Below, in pieces: positions 1 to 8,127 of a stretch of DNA of 26,382 nt. A model generated the notes under the pieces. The model searched no databases. It was not told where the DNA came from and saw nothing but the letters and a program-made list of their open reading frames with translations. Within the stretch, counting starts at the first letter, position 1. Each line of letters starts with the position of its first letter. The position numbers were made by a program, and so were the translations under genes. Source of the DNA: Pedosphaera sp. (GTDB lineage: Bacteria > Verrucomicrobiota > Verrucomicrobiia > Limisphaerales > SIBH01); NCBI GenBank assembly GCA_031380445.1, contig JANNGC010000885.1, positions 1 through 26,382 of the forward strand, in the 5' to 3' direction.

Positions 1-206
1 TCCGCCTTCAGCCGCCGCCGCACGCGCAGAATGTCGCCCGGACGATCCAGCAGCTTCCTCAGGCGTGACTCCTCATCGCTGTGCCGTCCCCAAGGTTCCT
101 CGACGACCTCGCAGCCCAGCTCGCGCAGGGTGCGCGCGAGCAGCGGCAAAATTTTCGGGAACGGCCCGCGAATCCCCGGATGGCAGGTGAGCATCAGGAT
201 GCGCAT
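1..206 (-). CDS. Probable glycosyltransferase (GT4-like N-terminus), truncated by the window edge
   Basis: My translation from ATG at 206: MRILMLTCHPGIRGPFPKILPLLARTLRELGCEVVEEPWGRHSDEE..., open to the edge. An MRILML start followed by 'L..LG.EV' is typical of the GT-B first strand and helix. Overlaps the upstream stop by 13 nt. Not in the ORF track. Confidence 0.6.
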   Translation of the reverse strand, partial: MRILMLTCHPGIRGPFPKILPLLARTLRELGCEVVEEPWGRHSDEESRLRKLLDRPGDILRVRRRLKA

Positions 207-1351
207 GAGGTCTCCAGAGAGTTCCGCGTCCGGCACAGTCCGGGCACTTGCGGTTCAATCTCGCTCTTGATTCGGGAGCCAACGTGATCCCAAGTGTGGC
301 ACTGCTTGGCCGTTTGCGCCGAATGCCGGCCCTGCGCCTCCAGTTCATCCGGGTGATCCAGCAATTGGATCAGCGCGCCCGCCAGTCCTTCGAGATCGTC
401 CAGGGCCACGCGCCGACCGTTCACGCCGTCCTCCACCAAATCCGGCACCGCGCCCGCGTCGGTCGCGACAATGGCCAGTCCCGAGAGCATCGCCTCGATC
501 AACACAATGCCGAACGGCTCCTGCCGCGTAGGCAGACAAAAAACCGAGGCGGACGAATAAGCCTGTGCCACCTCCGCCAGCGACCGCCGGCCCAGCACCT
601 CGCACCCCGGCACATTGAGAGGCGGAGAGCAGCCGATGATTTTCAGACGCGCATCCGGGTGGCGCTGACGCACTTTTTGAAAGGCGGCGACGAGTTGCGG
701 CCCGCCTTTTCTTTCCCAATCCGTGCCCACGAACAAAATTTCCTTCCGACGATAGCGCGCGGAATCAATTTCCATCTCGCTCCTCACCGGCGCGTTGCTG
801 CCCGCGCCGACTCGCCGCACGCGCGCGGGCGGGCAGCCGTAGTCTTGCTGCAACGAGCGGGTGACATGGCTGCTCATGGTCAGCGTCACCGTCGCGTGCC
901 GGTAGATTTGCGTCTCCAGAGCCGTCCACCACGCGCCTTTCAACTGGCCGGGGTCAAAATCGCGATACTGCCGGTTCGCCTGCTCCGTGTGATCGGTATA
1001 AACGAAGTGCGGCAATCCCGGCACGGACGCATCCCACATGGACTGGGTCTGAAAGGTGAAAAGATATTCCGGCGCGCGTACCACCTCCGCCAGCCACCGC
1101 TTAATGAAATGAAACGTGGCCGGGGTTTGCAGCACACCGTCGAGGAGATCCGCGCGCAATTTCCAGCCGTGCCGGACCGCTCCCGCCCAGAGTCCGCGCA
1201 CCAACGCCAGTTTGGAGCGGCGCAGTTGCTCCGCCACATCCAGCGTCACGACCTCGCACTCCGGGAACTGTTTCCGCAGTTGCGCCTCCACGCTCGCATT
1301 GATGTGCGAGAACGAGCCGCATTTCACAAAGGCAATTTTGCGCGGAGTCAC
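194..1351 (-). CDS. Glycosyltransferase family 4 (GT-B), 385 aa
   Basis: ILFVGTDWERKGG, and FCLPTRQEPFGIVLIEAMLSGLAIVATDAGAVPDLVEDGVNG (E-x7-E GT4 signature). GTG start. Confidence 0.92.
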   Translation of the reverse strand: MTPRKIAFVKCGSFSHINASVEAQLRKQFPECEVVTLDVAEQLRRSKLALVRGLWAGAVRHGWKLRADLLDGVLQTPATFHFIKRWLAEVVRAPEYLFTFQTQSMWDASVPGLPHFVYTDHTEQANRQYRDFDPGQLKGAWWTALETQIYRHATVTLTMSSHVTRSLQQDYGCPPARVRRVGAGSNAPVRSEMEIDSARYRRKEILFVGTDWERKGGPQLVAAFQKVRQRHPDARLKIIGCSPPLNVPGCEVLGRRSLAEVAQAYSSASVFCLPTRQEPFGIVLIEAMLSGLAIVATDAGAVPDLVEDGVNGRRVALDDLEGLAGALIQLLDHPDELEAQGRHSAQTAKQCHTWDHVGSRIKSEIEPQVPGLCRTRNSLETSCAS

Positions 1352-1376
1352 GGGAGAAGGAGCGGAGGCCGGCGGA

Positions 1377-2123
1377 CTACTTCAGTTTTGCACCGATGGC
1401 TTCGAGGTGCGACTCGTGGCAGAACAGCGCGTCGCACCAGTCCGCGAGATTGTTCCGGTATTGCAACTCGTAAAAGCTGACGAGGCGGAAACCATACTCA
1501 CGCAACAGCGCATACACCTGATCCGGCGAGGCACCTTTCCGGTACATCTCGGAAAACGTGATCTCGATGAGCACCAGCTTGACGCGCCCTGCGCTCATCA
1601 TCCGCGCCGCGCCGCGCAGCACCTGCACATCGAAGCCCTGCGTGTCGATCTTGGCGAGACTCACCTGGGTGATGCCCTTGGCCTCGCAGTAGGCGTCCAC
1701 CGTCGTCACCGGCACCGTGACCTTGTTGATAATTTTTCCCCAGCCGTCCTGGCCGACATCGAGAAAGGAGTTCATCACGCTCGAAGAATTTTCGAGCAGC
1801 TCCAACTGTCCGGGCTGATCCGCCAGCCCGACGTTCTGCGGGTGAACATTCTGGAACCGCTGCGCGACCGCGCTCAGTTCGCGAAACGCCGCCGGCGACG
1901 GTTCGAACGAATGGATCACGCTGCCGGGCAGCAAATCTTTGAACGCCTCCACCGACTGGCCCACGTTCGCGCCGATGTCGAGGATGACCGGCGCGGTCTC
2001 GCGCGCGAGAGCCTTGCTCACGTCCGTCAGTTTGTGGTTCCCGACCGGCGACGACCGGGTGCGAATGATTTGAAACCCGGCGGAATACGCGAGTCTCTTG
2101 ACGGCTCTTTTCAAGGTTTCCAT
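1377..2123 (-). CDS. FkbM-family SAM-dependent methyltransferase, about 248 aa
   Basis: VILDIGANVGQS, IHSFEPSPAAF, LAKIDTQGFDVQVLRGA are FkbM motifs. ATG at 2123 (METLKR) preferred over GTG 2144. Confidence 0.9.
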   Translation of the reverse strand: METLKRAVKRLAYSAGFQIIRTRSSPVGNHKLTDVSKALARETAPVILDIGANVGQSVEAFKDLLPGSVIHSFEPSPAAFRELSAVAQRFQNVHPQNVGLADQPGQLELLENSSSVMNSFLDVGQDGWGKIINKVTVPVTTVDAYCEAKGITQVSLAKIDTQGFDVQVLRGAARMMSAGRVKLVLIEITFSEMYRKGASPDQVYALLREYGFRLVSFYELQYRNNLADWCDALFCHESHLEAIGAKLK

Positions 2124-2133
2124 GCAGTTACTT

Positions 2134-3357
2134 TCACTTGGCACACAGTGGCGCGGTGGAATTCAGATCGGGCGCGGCGGGACGGCCCTTTCGGCGGGCC
2201 AACAAGGCCAGCGCCTCGTCATAGACCTCCGCCGTTTTCTCCGCCAGACGCTGGCCGGAAAATTCTTCCAGCGCCCAGGCGCGCGCGCGCGCGGAAGTTT
2301 CCCGGCGCAACGAGTCGTTGATTAAAAGTTCCGCGAGTCGGTCCGCCAGAGCTGGTGCGTCGTTGAGCGGCACGACGAATCCGACGCGCCCCTCGGGAAT
2401 CACGTAGCGATGATCCGAGACATCCGTCGCCACCACCGGCACGCCGGAGGCCATGGATTCGAGCGCGGCATTGGGCGTGCCTTCAAAGAGCGACGAGAGC
2501 GCGGTCACATCGCACACGTTGTAATAGCGCTCCACGTCCGAGCGGTTGCCGACGAAGAGGCAGTGCGGCTTCAGTCCCAGTTCCTCCACACGCGCGAGCA
2601 TCTTCCGCTTCGTCTCGGCGGAGTCGCACGAACCTTGGAACAGCTCGTCGCCCACGAACAAAAACCGCGCGTCCGGCAACGCGCGCACCACTCGCGCCGC
2701 CGCCTCGATGAACATCAGATGATTCTTCTGCGGCTTGAAACTCGCCATGATGCCGACGACGCGGTGCTCCGGGCGCAAGCCCAGTTCCGCGCGCAACGCC
2801 GCACCATCGCGCGGCTGGAAGCGGTTCACATCCACGCCGTTGTACACCACGCGATACTGCGCGGCGGACTGGCCGAGCAGGTGCGCGTTGAATGCCGCGC
2901 CCGCGCGCGAATTGGCAATCGTGAAATCATGCCCCCAGCGCGTCAGCCCGTAGGCAATTTTGTTAATCCGCTTCAACTCGTAGTCCGTGTTGCGTTCCGA
3001 CCCGATGACCGCCGCGCCGGTCAGTCGTCCGGCGAGGCGCGCGGCAATTTCCGCGTCGAACAAGTAGCCATGCACCACCGACGCCCCGAGTTCTTTCAAC
3101 AGCGCACGCAGCCGCGTCACCACCGTGAAGTCAAATTTGCCCCGCCGTTGAATGACGTGCAGCCGGCGGGCCGCGTCGCGCAACGAATCCGCCAGCGGCG
3201 TGTAATCGTGCAGCGCGACGACGTGCAAATCGTAGCGCGCCGGGTCCATGTGGTTGGCGAGTTCCACGACCTGCCGTTGCGCGCCGCCGAATTCGAGATC
3301 GCTGATGACCACGACGGCGACGGGACTCTGGCTTCGGCTGGGGGAATCCGTGTTCAA
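2134..3357 (-). CDS. Glycosyltransferase family 4, about 407 aa
   Basis: ISDLEFGGAQRQ, VVYNGVD, SSLFEGTPNAALESMASGVPVVATDV. TTG start at 3357 overlaps the upstream TGA (TTGA). The ORF-track extension to 3606 overlaps the upstream gene. Confidence 0.92.
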   Translation of the reverse strand: MNTDSPSRSQSPVAVVVISDLEFGGAQRQVVELANHMDPARYDLHVVALHDYTPLADSLRDAARRLHVIQRRGKFDFTVVTRLRALLKELGASVVHGYLFDAEIAARLAGRLTGAAVIGSERNTDYELKRINKIAYGLTRWGHDFTIANSRAGAAFNAHLLGQSAAQYRVVYNGVDVNRFQPRDGAALRAELGLRPEHRVVGIMASFKPQKNHLMFIEAAARVVRALPDARFLFVGDELFQGSCDSAETKRKMLARVEELGLKPHCLFVGNRSDVERYYNVCDVTALSSLFEGTPNAALESMASGVPVVATDVSDHRYVIPEGRVGFVVPLNDAPALADRLAELLINDSLRRETSARARAWALEEFSGQRLAEKTAEVYDEALALLARRKGRPAAPDLNSTAPLCAK

Positions 3358-4214
3358 CAGTTGAAAGGTTTGCGGGCGATGACGCAGACGCCGGAGCCAA
3401 CCGGCGGGAACAGGGATTTGGTCAGCGCGCCAAGGCGGTAGCACGACTGGCGGAATCCGAGCTTTTGATACAGCCCACACAAACTCGGAGCGGCGCTGAC
3501 ATACACCTCGTCGAGTCCGGCCCGCTTCACCAGGTCGCCCAAAGTCTTCGTCGAGAAGTGGCACCAGTGCGATGTGGGGTCCAAAGTTTTGCCCCGCGAA
3601 AACCATTCCTGCGGCTGGTGAACATTCGGAACATCAATCAGCAAAACGCCGCCCGGCTTGAGCAGTCGGGCCATCTCGCGCGCCACTGCCACCGGAGTCT
3701 GAATGTGCTCGAAGACCTGGTAGCTGATGATGGCGTCAAACTGCCCGGCATGGTTCGCGTAGAACTCATCCAGCCGGCCCGTCAGCACCCGGTCAAATTT
3801 CCAATGGCGGTTGGCCGCCTCGACCAGGCCGCGATTCATGTCGAAACCAGTCACCGCCCAGCCGGACTGGAGGGCCGCGTTCACCATCCCGCCGGCGCCG
3901 CATCCGAAATCGAGCAGCTTTTTACCCGGCGTGAACCGTTCGAGCAGGTGCAACAGGAACCGGCCTTGCCGATCCATCGCGGCCAGCATGTCCGGGCGGA
4001 AATGGCGGTCCAGCGCGCCGCGATTTTCGACTTCATCGAGATAGGTCGTGGGCTGCGGGTTCGTGTAGATCATGCCGCACCCCAGGCAGCGCGTGACCCG
4101 GTGCTGCTCCGGCCCGTAGTGCGACGGAGCCATGACGTGGAGCACGGCGTCTGATGCGCCGCACAGCGGACACGGCACCTCAACGAGCGCGCCGGAATGT
4201 TGCTTCGCGTTCAA
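3354..4214 (-). CDS. Class I SAM-dependent methyltransferase with N-terminal CxxC...CxxC zinc ribbon
   Basis: CPLC...CLGC, then LLDFGCGAGG, FDAIISYQVFEHI, LKPGGVLLIDVPN. Start uncertain; TTG 4214 assumed. Confidence 0.88.
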   Translation of the reverse strand: MNAKQHSGALVEVPCPLCGASDAVLHVMAPSHYGPEQHRVTRCLGCGMIYTNPQPTTYLDEVENRGALDRHFRPDMLAAMDRQGRFLLHLLERFTPGKKLLDFGCGAGGMVNAALQSGWAVTGFDMNRGLVEAANRHWKFDRVLTGRLDEFYANHAGQFDAIISYQVFEHIQTPVAVAREMARLLKPGGVLLIDVPNVHQPQEWFSRGKTLDPTSHWCHFSTKTLGDLVKRAGLDEVYVSAAPSLCGLYQKLGFRQSCYRLGALTKSLFPPVGSGVCVIARKPFNC

Positions 4215-4218
4215 ATGT

Positions 4219-5385
4219 TCAACGGGCGCGGCTGGCGACCGGCAAGGATTCCCACGCCCCGACCAGTTCGCGGGCAAACTGCGGCATCACCACTTCCGGG
4301 CGGTGCTTTTCAAAATAGTAGCGCCGCGCCTGTTCAGATTGTTCACACCACCGGGCCGGAGACGAAAACAGTTCGGTGAACGCCCGGACAAAAGCCGGCA
4401 CATCCATCGCGACCGTGCCGAGATTTAGCCGCTCAATCAATCCGTCCGGATCGAACGACGAAACGACCGGCCGGCCATGACTCCACGCTTCGAGAAACGT
4501 GTTCGGAAATCCCTCATATTCCGAGGTGCAGCACACGCACGAGGCGCGCTGGTAAAGGTCCGGCATCTGATCACGTCGCAGCACGCCGCGCCAGATCACG
4601 TTCGCGAGCGCGGCCGCCTGCGCGCGGAGACTTTGCCCGTAGGCGATCCCGTCGTTGGCCACGGCGAGTTCAAACGTCACCTGCGGCAGCCGGCGGGCGA
4701 TCTCGAGCAGCCACTCCAACCGTTTCAGCGGCGCGGCCCGTCCGATCCACGCGACGTGGGCCGGCTTCGGCGGCGGCAATTCGGCAAACTCTTTTTCCGA
4801 CGGGCCGGGACACGGCATGGGCAGCGGGACGGCGACCAGGCCGAAGCCTTCGCGCAGCGCGCGCTGCTGACGGCTCGTCTGCACCAGAACCTTGTGCGCG
4901 CCCGTCAGACCGCGCCGATACAAAATGCGCTCGTAGGCTTTCGGCATCACGGGGAGTTTCGGATCACACGCCACATCGGAAGCCACGGAATAGACAAACG
5001 CGCGCCCGTGCCGCCGGCACCAGTCCGCCGCCAGCCCGGTCACGTACTCGGCGGAGTTGTGATAATAGATGTCGGCATCAGCCCGGCGCAGGGCCGCGTA
5101 GAGGCCGGTCAGGCGCGGATGAAAAAAACGCAACCCCGGCAGGCCCTTTTCCGACGGACAGATCGCGATGACTTTCACACCGTCAATCTCGCTCACCGGC
5201 GGCTGGCCTTCGTCCCAGGTGAGCATGCTCGTCGGGTAGCCTTGCGCCGCGAGCCAGCGCGCGGCACCGGCCGTCTGGTGTTCCGCCCCGCCGATGAATC
5301 CGTTCTTCCCGCCGCACAGCGCGCCGTAGGCGTTGTGGGCAATGAGACAGATCGCGGGCTTCGTGGGGCTTCCGTTCACCATCAT
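4219..5385 (-). CDS. Glycosyltransferase family 4, about 388 aa
   Basis: GGAEHQ, WIGRAAPLKR, CTSEYEGFPNTFLEAWSHGRPVVS. ATG at 5385 overlaps the upstream TGA (ATGA). Confidence 0.9.
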   Translation of the reverse strand: MMVNGSPTKPAICLIAHNAYGALCGGKNGFIGGAEHQTAGAARWLAAQGYPTSMLTWDEGQPPVSEIDGVKVIAICPSEKGLPGLRFFHPRLTGLYAALRRADADIYYHNSAEYVTGLAADWCRRHGRAFVYSVASDVACDPKLPVMPKAYERILYRRGLTGAHKVLVQTSRQQRALREGFGLVAVPLPMPCPGPSEKEFAELPPPKPAHVAWIGRAAPLKRLEWLLEIARRLPQVTFELAVANDGIAYGQSLRAQAAALANVIWRGVLRRDQMPDLYQRASCVCCTSEYEGFPNTFLEAWSHGRPVVSSFDPDGLIERLNLGTVAMDVPAFVRAFTELFSSPARWCEQSEQARRYYFEKHRPEVVMPQFARELVGAWESLPVASRAR

Positions 5386-6107
5386 GCGCGCACCAAGGTG
5401 AACCGTTCCTTCGAGGGCGTGAGCCGGCCTTCCGGCAGCCCGCGCAAAAAGTGCGCGACCTCGTCCGGCATGAACCGGAAATGCCGCGTGGTCGCCGGAT
5501 TGAAATTCAGAAAAATCCGTCCGCCCGGACGCAGCCGGTTGCGACAGTCCTCCAGAAAAAATTTCCATTCCTCCGGTCCCCACACGTCCTCGCGCCAGTG
5601 CAGGTCAAAGCAGATCGAGAAGGCGGTGATCAGATCAAACGGCCCGCCCAGATCGGGCAGGCGCTGGAACTTCTCCACCCGCTGCCCGACCCGGGGGATT
5701 TCGAGCAGCTTCACGAGATCGTTGTACATCGGGTTATCCTCGAGATCGATCCCGAGCACGTCGTGTCCGCTCGTCTTCAAGGCAAACAGGAAGTAGCCGG
5801 AGCCGCAGCCGATGTCCAAAACGCGCATCGGCTTGGCCCCGATCAAACCGAGCCGGCCCGCCGCGTGCGCGACTTCTTCAACGTGCGGCTCGAGGTCGAG
5901 ATACTTTCTCGAGTTGTCCCCGAAGTCGCGGTGCTTCTCGACGAGCGACTGGAGGCCGCGTCCCTGAATGTCGGCCACGACCCGTTTCGCCAAGGCGCAC
6001 TCCGCCCGGTAGCGGGAGGAACCCACAGTGCGAACGAGCCTCGGCAGACCGGTTCGTTTGAGGACGTTTTTTACGGAAGCAAGGGTGCTCACAAATTTTT
6101 TCGGCAA
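5382..6107 (-). CDS. Class I SAM-dependent methyltransferase, about 241 aa
   Basis: VLDIGCGSGYF, VLGIDL, FDLITAF, LRPGGRIFL. Start TTG 6107 or GTG 6092. Confidence 0.85.
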   Translation of the reverse strand: MPKKFVSTLASVKNVLKRTGLPRLVRTVGSSRYRAECALAKRVVADIQGRGLQSLVEKHRDFGDNSRKYLDLEPHVEEVAHAAGRLGLIGAKPMRVLDIGCGSGYFLFALKTSGHDVLGIDLEDNPMYNDLVKLLEIPRVGQRVEKFQRLPDLGGPFDLITAFSICFDLHWREDVWGPEEWKFFLEDCRNRLRPGGRIFLNFNPATTRHFRFMPDEVAHFLRGLPEGRLTPSKERFTLVRA

Positions 6108-6123
6108 GGAGAGGTGTGTCCGC

Positions 6124-7095
6124 TCATTTTGAAATCATCGGAGCACGACGCCATTTGTTCCGCAGGCGCGAGCCGACTTCCGCGCAGACCCCGCGCGGAC
6201 TGGTCGTCATCGCCTCGCCCAGAAATTTCAGCGCCTGGCCATGACCGCCGCGCTTCCACGCGTGCTTCGCCACGTCCACCAAGCGGCGGGCCTGCTGCTC
6301 GTCCCATTCCGCGTCACTCACCGCCACGGGCAGGCCGGTCATCGCGCGCAAAGTCGGCACGCGCTCCAGACGAAATTGCTCCGTCGCGCCCACGGTTTTG
6401 GATGCGCCGTGAAAACGGAATTTCCCCAGCCGCTCGTCCACGTAACTGACCTCCAGGCCGCGCGCGAGCAGCCGCACCATCATGTGATAGTCCATGCAGT
6501 AGCGCAGCTTCTCGTCCACGCCGCCGAGCGCCTGCAACTCCGCGCGCGGCAGAAACGTGCCTTGTTGCGCCCAGCCCAGATGGTCGCACTCCCAAAAGCG
6601 GACGAAGTTTTTCAGCGTCTGGTTTCCGGGCTTCATCACGTCGAACGGTCCCGCCGCGTTAAAAAATTCCGTGGCACCGGAGACGATGCGACCGGGGTGC
6701 TGCTGCCACGCCCGGGCCACCGTCCACAACGCGCCCGGCAGCAGCAAGTCATCCGAATTGATCCAGTTGAAAATGTCGCCGGTGCAGCGGGCCAGTCCTT
6801 TGTTGATGGCGTGGCTCTGGCCGCGATCTTTTTCGCTGGCCCAGAAGGTGAGCCGGTTTTCGTAGCGCCGGATAATCTCCGCGCTGCCGTCCGTGCTGCC
6901 GCCGTCCATGACGATGTATTCGAGCTTCGGATAATTCTGCGCGAGCACCGAAAGGATAGTCTCCTCGATGAAGTCCGCCTGATTGAACGACGGCGTGACG
7001 ATGCTGATGCGCGGCAGCGCGGCCAGCGCCTCGGCGGTGAGCGCGGGGGGCGGATCACTTTCCCATGGCCAGCCTTTTTTGGGTTGCGAGGACAT
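6124..7095 (-). CDS. Glycosyltransferase family 2 (GT-A), about 323 aa
   Basis: [51 protein letters not shown] (DxD-like). ATG at 7095 overlaps the upstream stop (TGATG). Confidence 0.93.
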   Translation of the reverse strand: MSSQPKKGWPWESDPPPALTAEALAALPRISIVTPSFNQADFIEETILSVLAQNYPKLEYIVMDGGSTDGSAEIIRRYENRLTFWASEKDRGQSHAINKGLARCTGDIFNWINSDDLLLPGALWTVARAWQQHPGRIVSGATEFFNAAGPFDVMKPGNQTLKNFVRFWECDHLGWAQQGTFLPRAELQALGGVDEKLRYCMDYHMMVRLLARGLEVSYVDERLGKFRFHGASKTVGATEQFRLERVPTLRAMTGLPVAVSDAEWDEQQARRLVDVAKHAWKRGGHGQALKFLGEAMTTSPRGVCAEVGSRLRNKWRRAPMISK

Positions 7096-7997
7096 CAGTT
7101 TTCTCCGCGTTGCAGCACCACGAAAATGTGATCCGGCCAGGTCGCGGTGCCGACCGCGTGCGAAAACATTCTCCGGCCCGTGAACCGTTCGCTGATGCGG
7201 CCGATTAAAATTTTCACGAACTGCCGCCAGCGTTCGGCGACAAACATTTTTCCATACGCCCGGCGTGAATGACTGAAGCCCGTGCTGCGCACCAGCCGCA
7301 GTCCGGATTCCTTCGCCGCCCACGCGAACCAGCGGCGGTTACAAAACGAGAGGTGCTGCGGCAGGTAATACCAATAGCTCAGGCGCGACAGCCGCCACGG
7401 CAGTGCGTCGCTGTTGCCCGTGGTGATGATGAGCTTCCCGCCGGGCTTCAGCCAGCGCGCGAGCTTCTGAAGGTCCGCGAGCGGATTGGGCAGATGCTCG
7501 GCCACGTCCATGAGGTAAATGAAATCGAAGCGCGCGTCCGGCGCGGTGGCGGTGTCGATGGTTTCACCGAACAACTGGATGCCGCGCTCGGCCATCATCT
7601 GCCGCGCCTCACGGCTCGGCTCGATGCCGAACTTCGCCACGGTGTTAGGCAGGCGTTGCAGGAAGTCGCCACGAAAGCAGCCCACGTCGAGCACGGTCAG
7701 CGGACGCGTGCCCGCGTCTGTGACTTCCAGCGCGAGATCGAAATCTCGGCGGCCCACGCTCTCCGGCAAAAGATTCGCCGGCAGTTCCTCGTACATCTCA
7801 CTGGCATCGTTCGCGCGCGCGGGCTTGTCGAGGAAGAGCAGGAAGCAGTTCGGACACTCGAAGAGATCGCCGCCATCCGCGAAGCCGTGATCCGCATGGC
7901 GCGACGCCACCGCACCCAGCGCGCGCGGATGACGCTCGCCGCAGGCCGGGCAAGGCGGCTGCGTGGAGCGTAAAGTTTTTTCCTCGGTGGCGGTCAT
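7095..7997 (-). CDS. Class I SAM-dependent methyltransferase with N-terminal zinc ribbon, 300 aa
   Basis: CPAC...[43 protein letters not shown]. Confidence 0.88.
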   Translation of the reverse strand: MTATEEKTLRSTQPPCPACGERHPRALGAVASRHADHGFADGGDLFECPNCFLLFLDKPARANDASEMYEELPANLLPESVGRRDFDLALEVTDAGTRPLTVLDVGCFRGDFLQRLPNTVAKFGIEPSREARQMMAERGIQLFGETIDTATAPDARFDFIYLMDVAEHLPNPLADLQKLARWLKPGGKLIITTGNSDALPWRLSRLSYWYYLPQHLSFCNRRWFAWAAKESGLRLVRSTGFSHSRRAYGKMFVAERWRQFVKILIGRISERFTGRRMFSHAVGTATWPDHIFVVLQRGEN

Positions 7998-8010
7998 ACC
8001 TGCCTAGCTA

Positions 8011-8106
8011 GGAGCGCGGACCGCTGAGTCCGCGCGATCATCTCACGCCAGATGACTGATTCTTCGTCTGCGACGATGAACACGCGGACTCGGCGGTCCG
8101 CGCTCC
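8011..8106. repeat. REP-like doublet: 24-bp inverted repeat enclosing two internal hairpins
   Basis: 8011-8034 GGAGCGCGGACCGCTGAGTCCGCG pairs with 8083-8106 CGCGGACTCGGCGGTCCGCGCTCC (23/24). Each arm is itself palindromic. The spacer holds hairpins 8038-8055 and 8060-8080. Confidence 0.85.
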
Positions 8107-8127
8107 GATGGATGTGCGCCTCATTAC

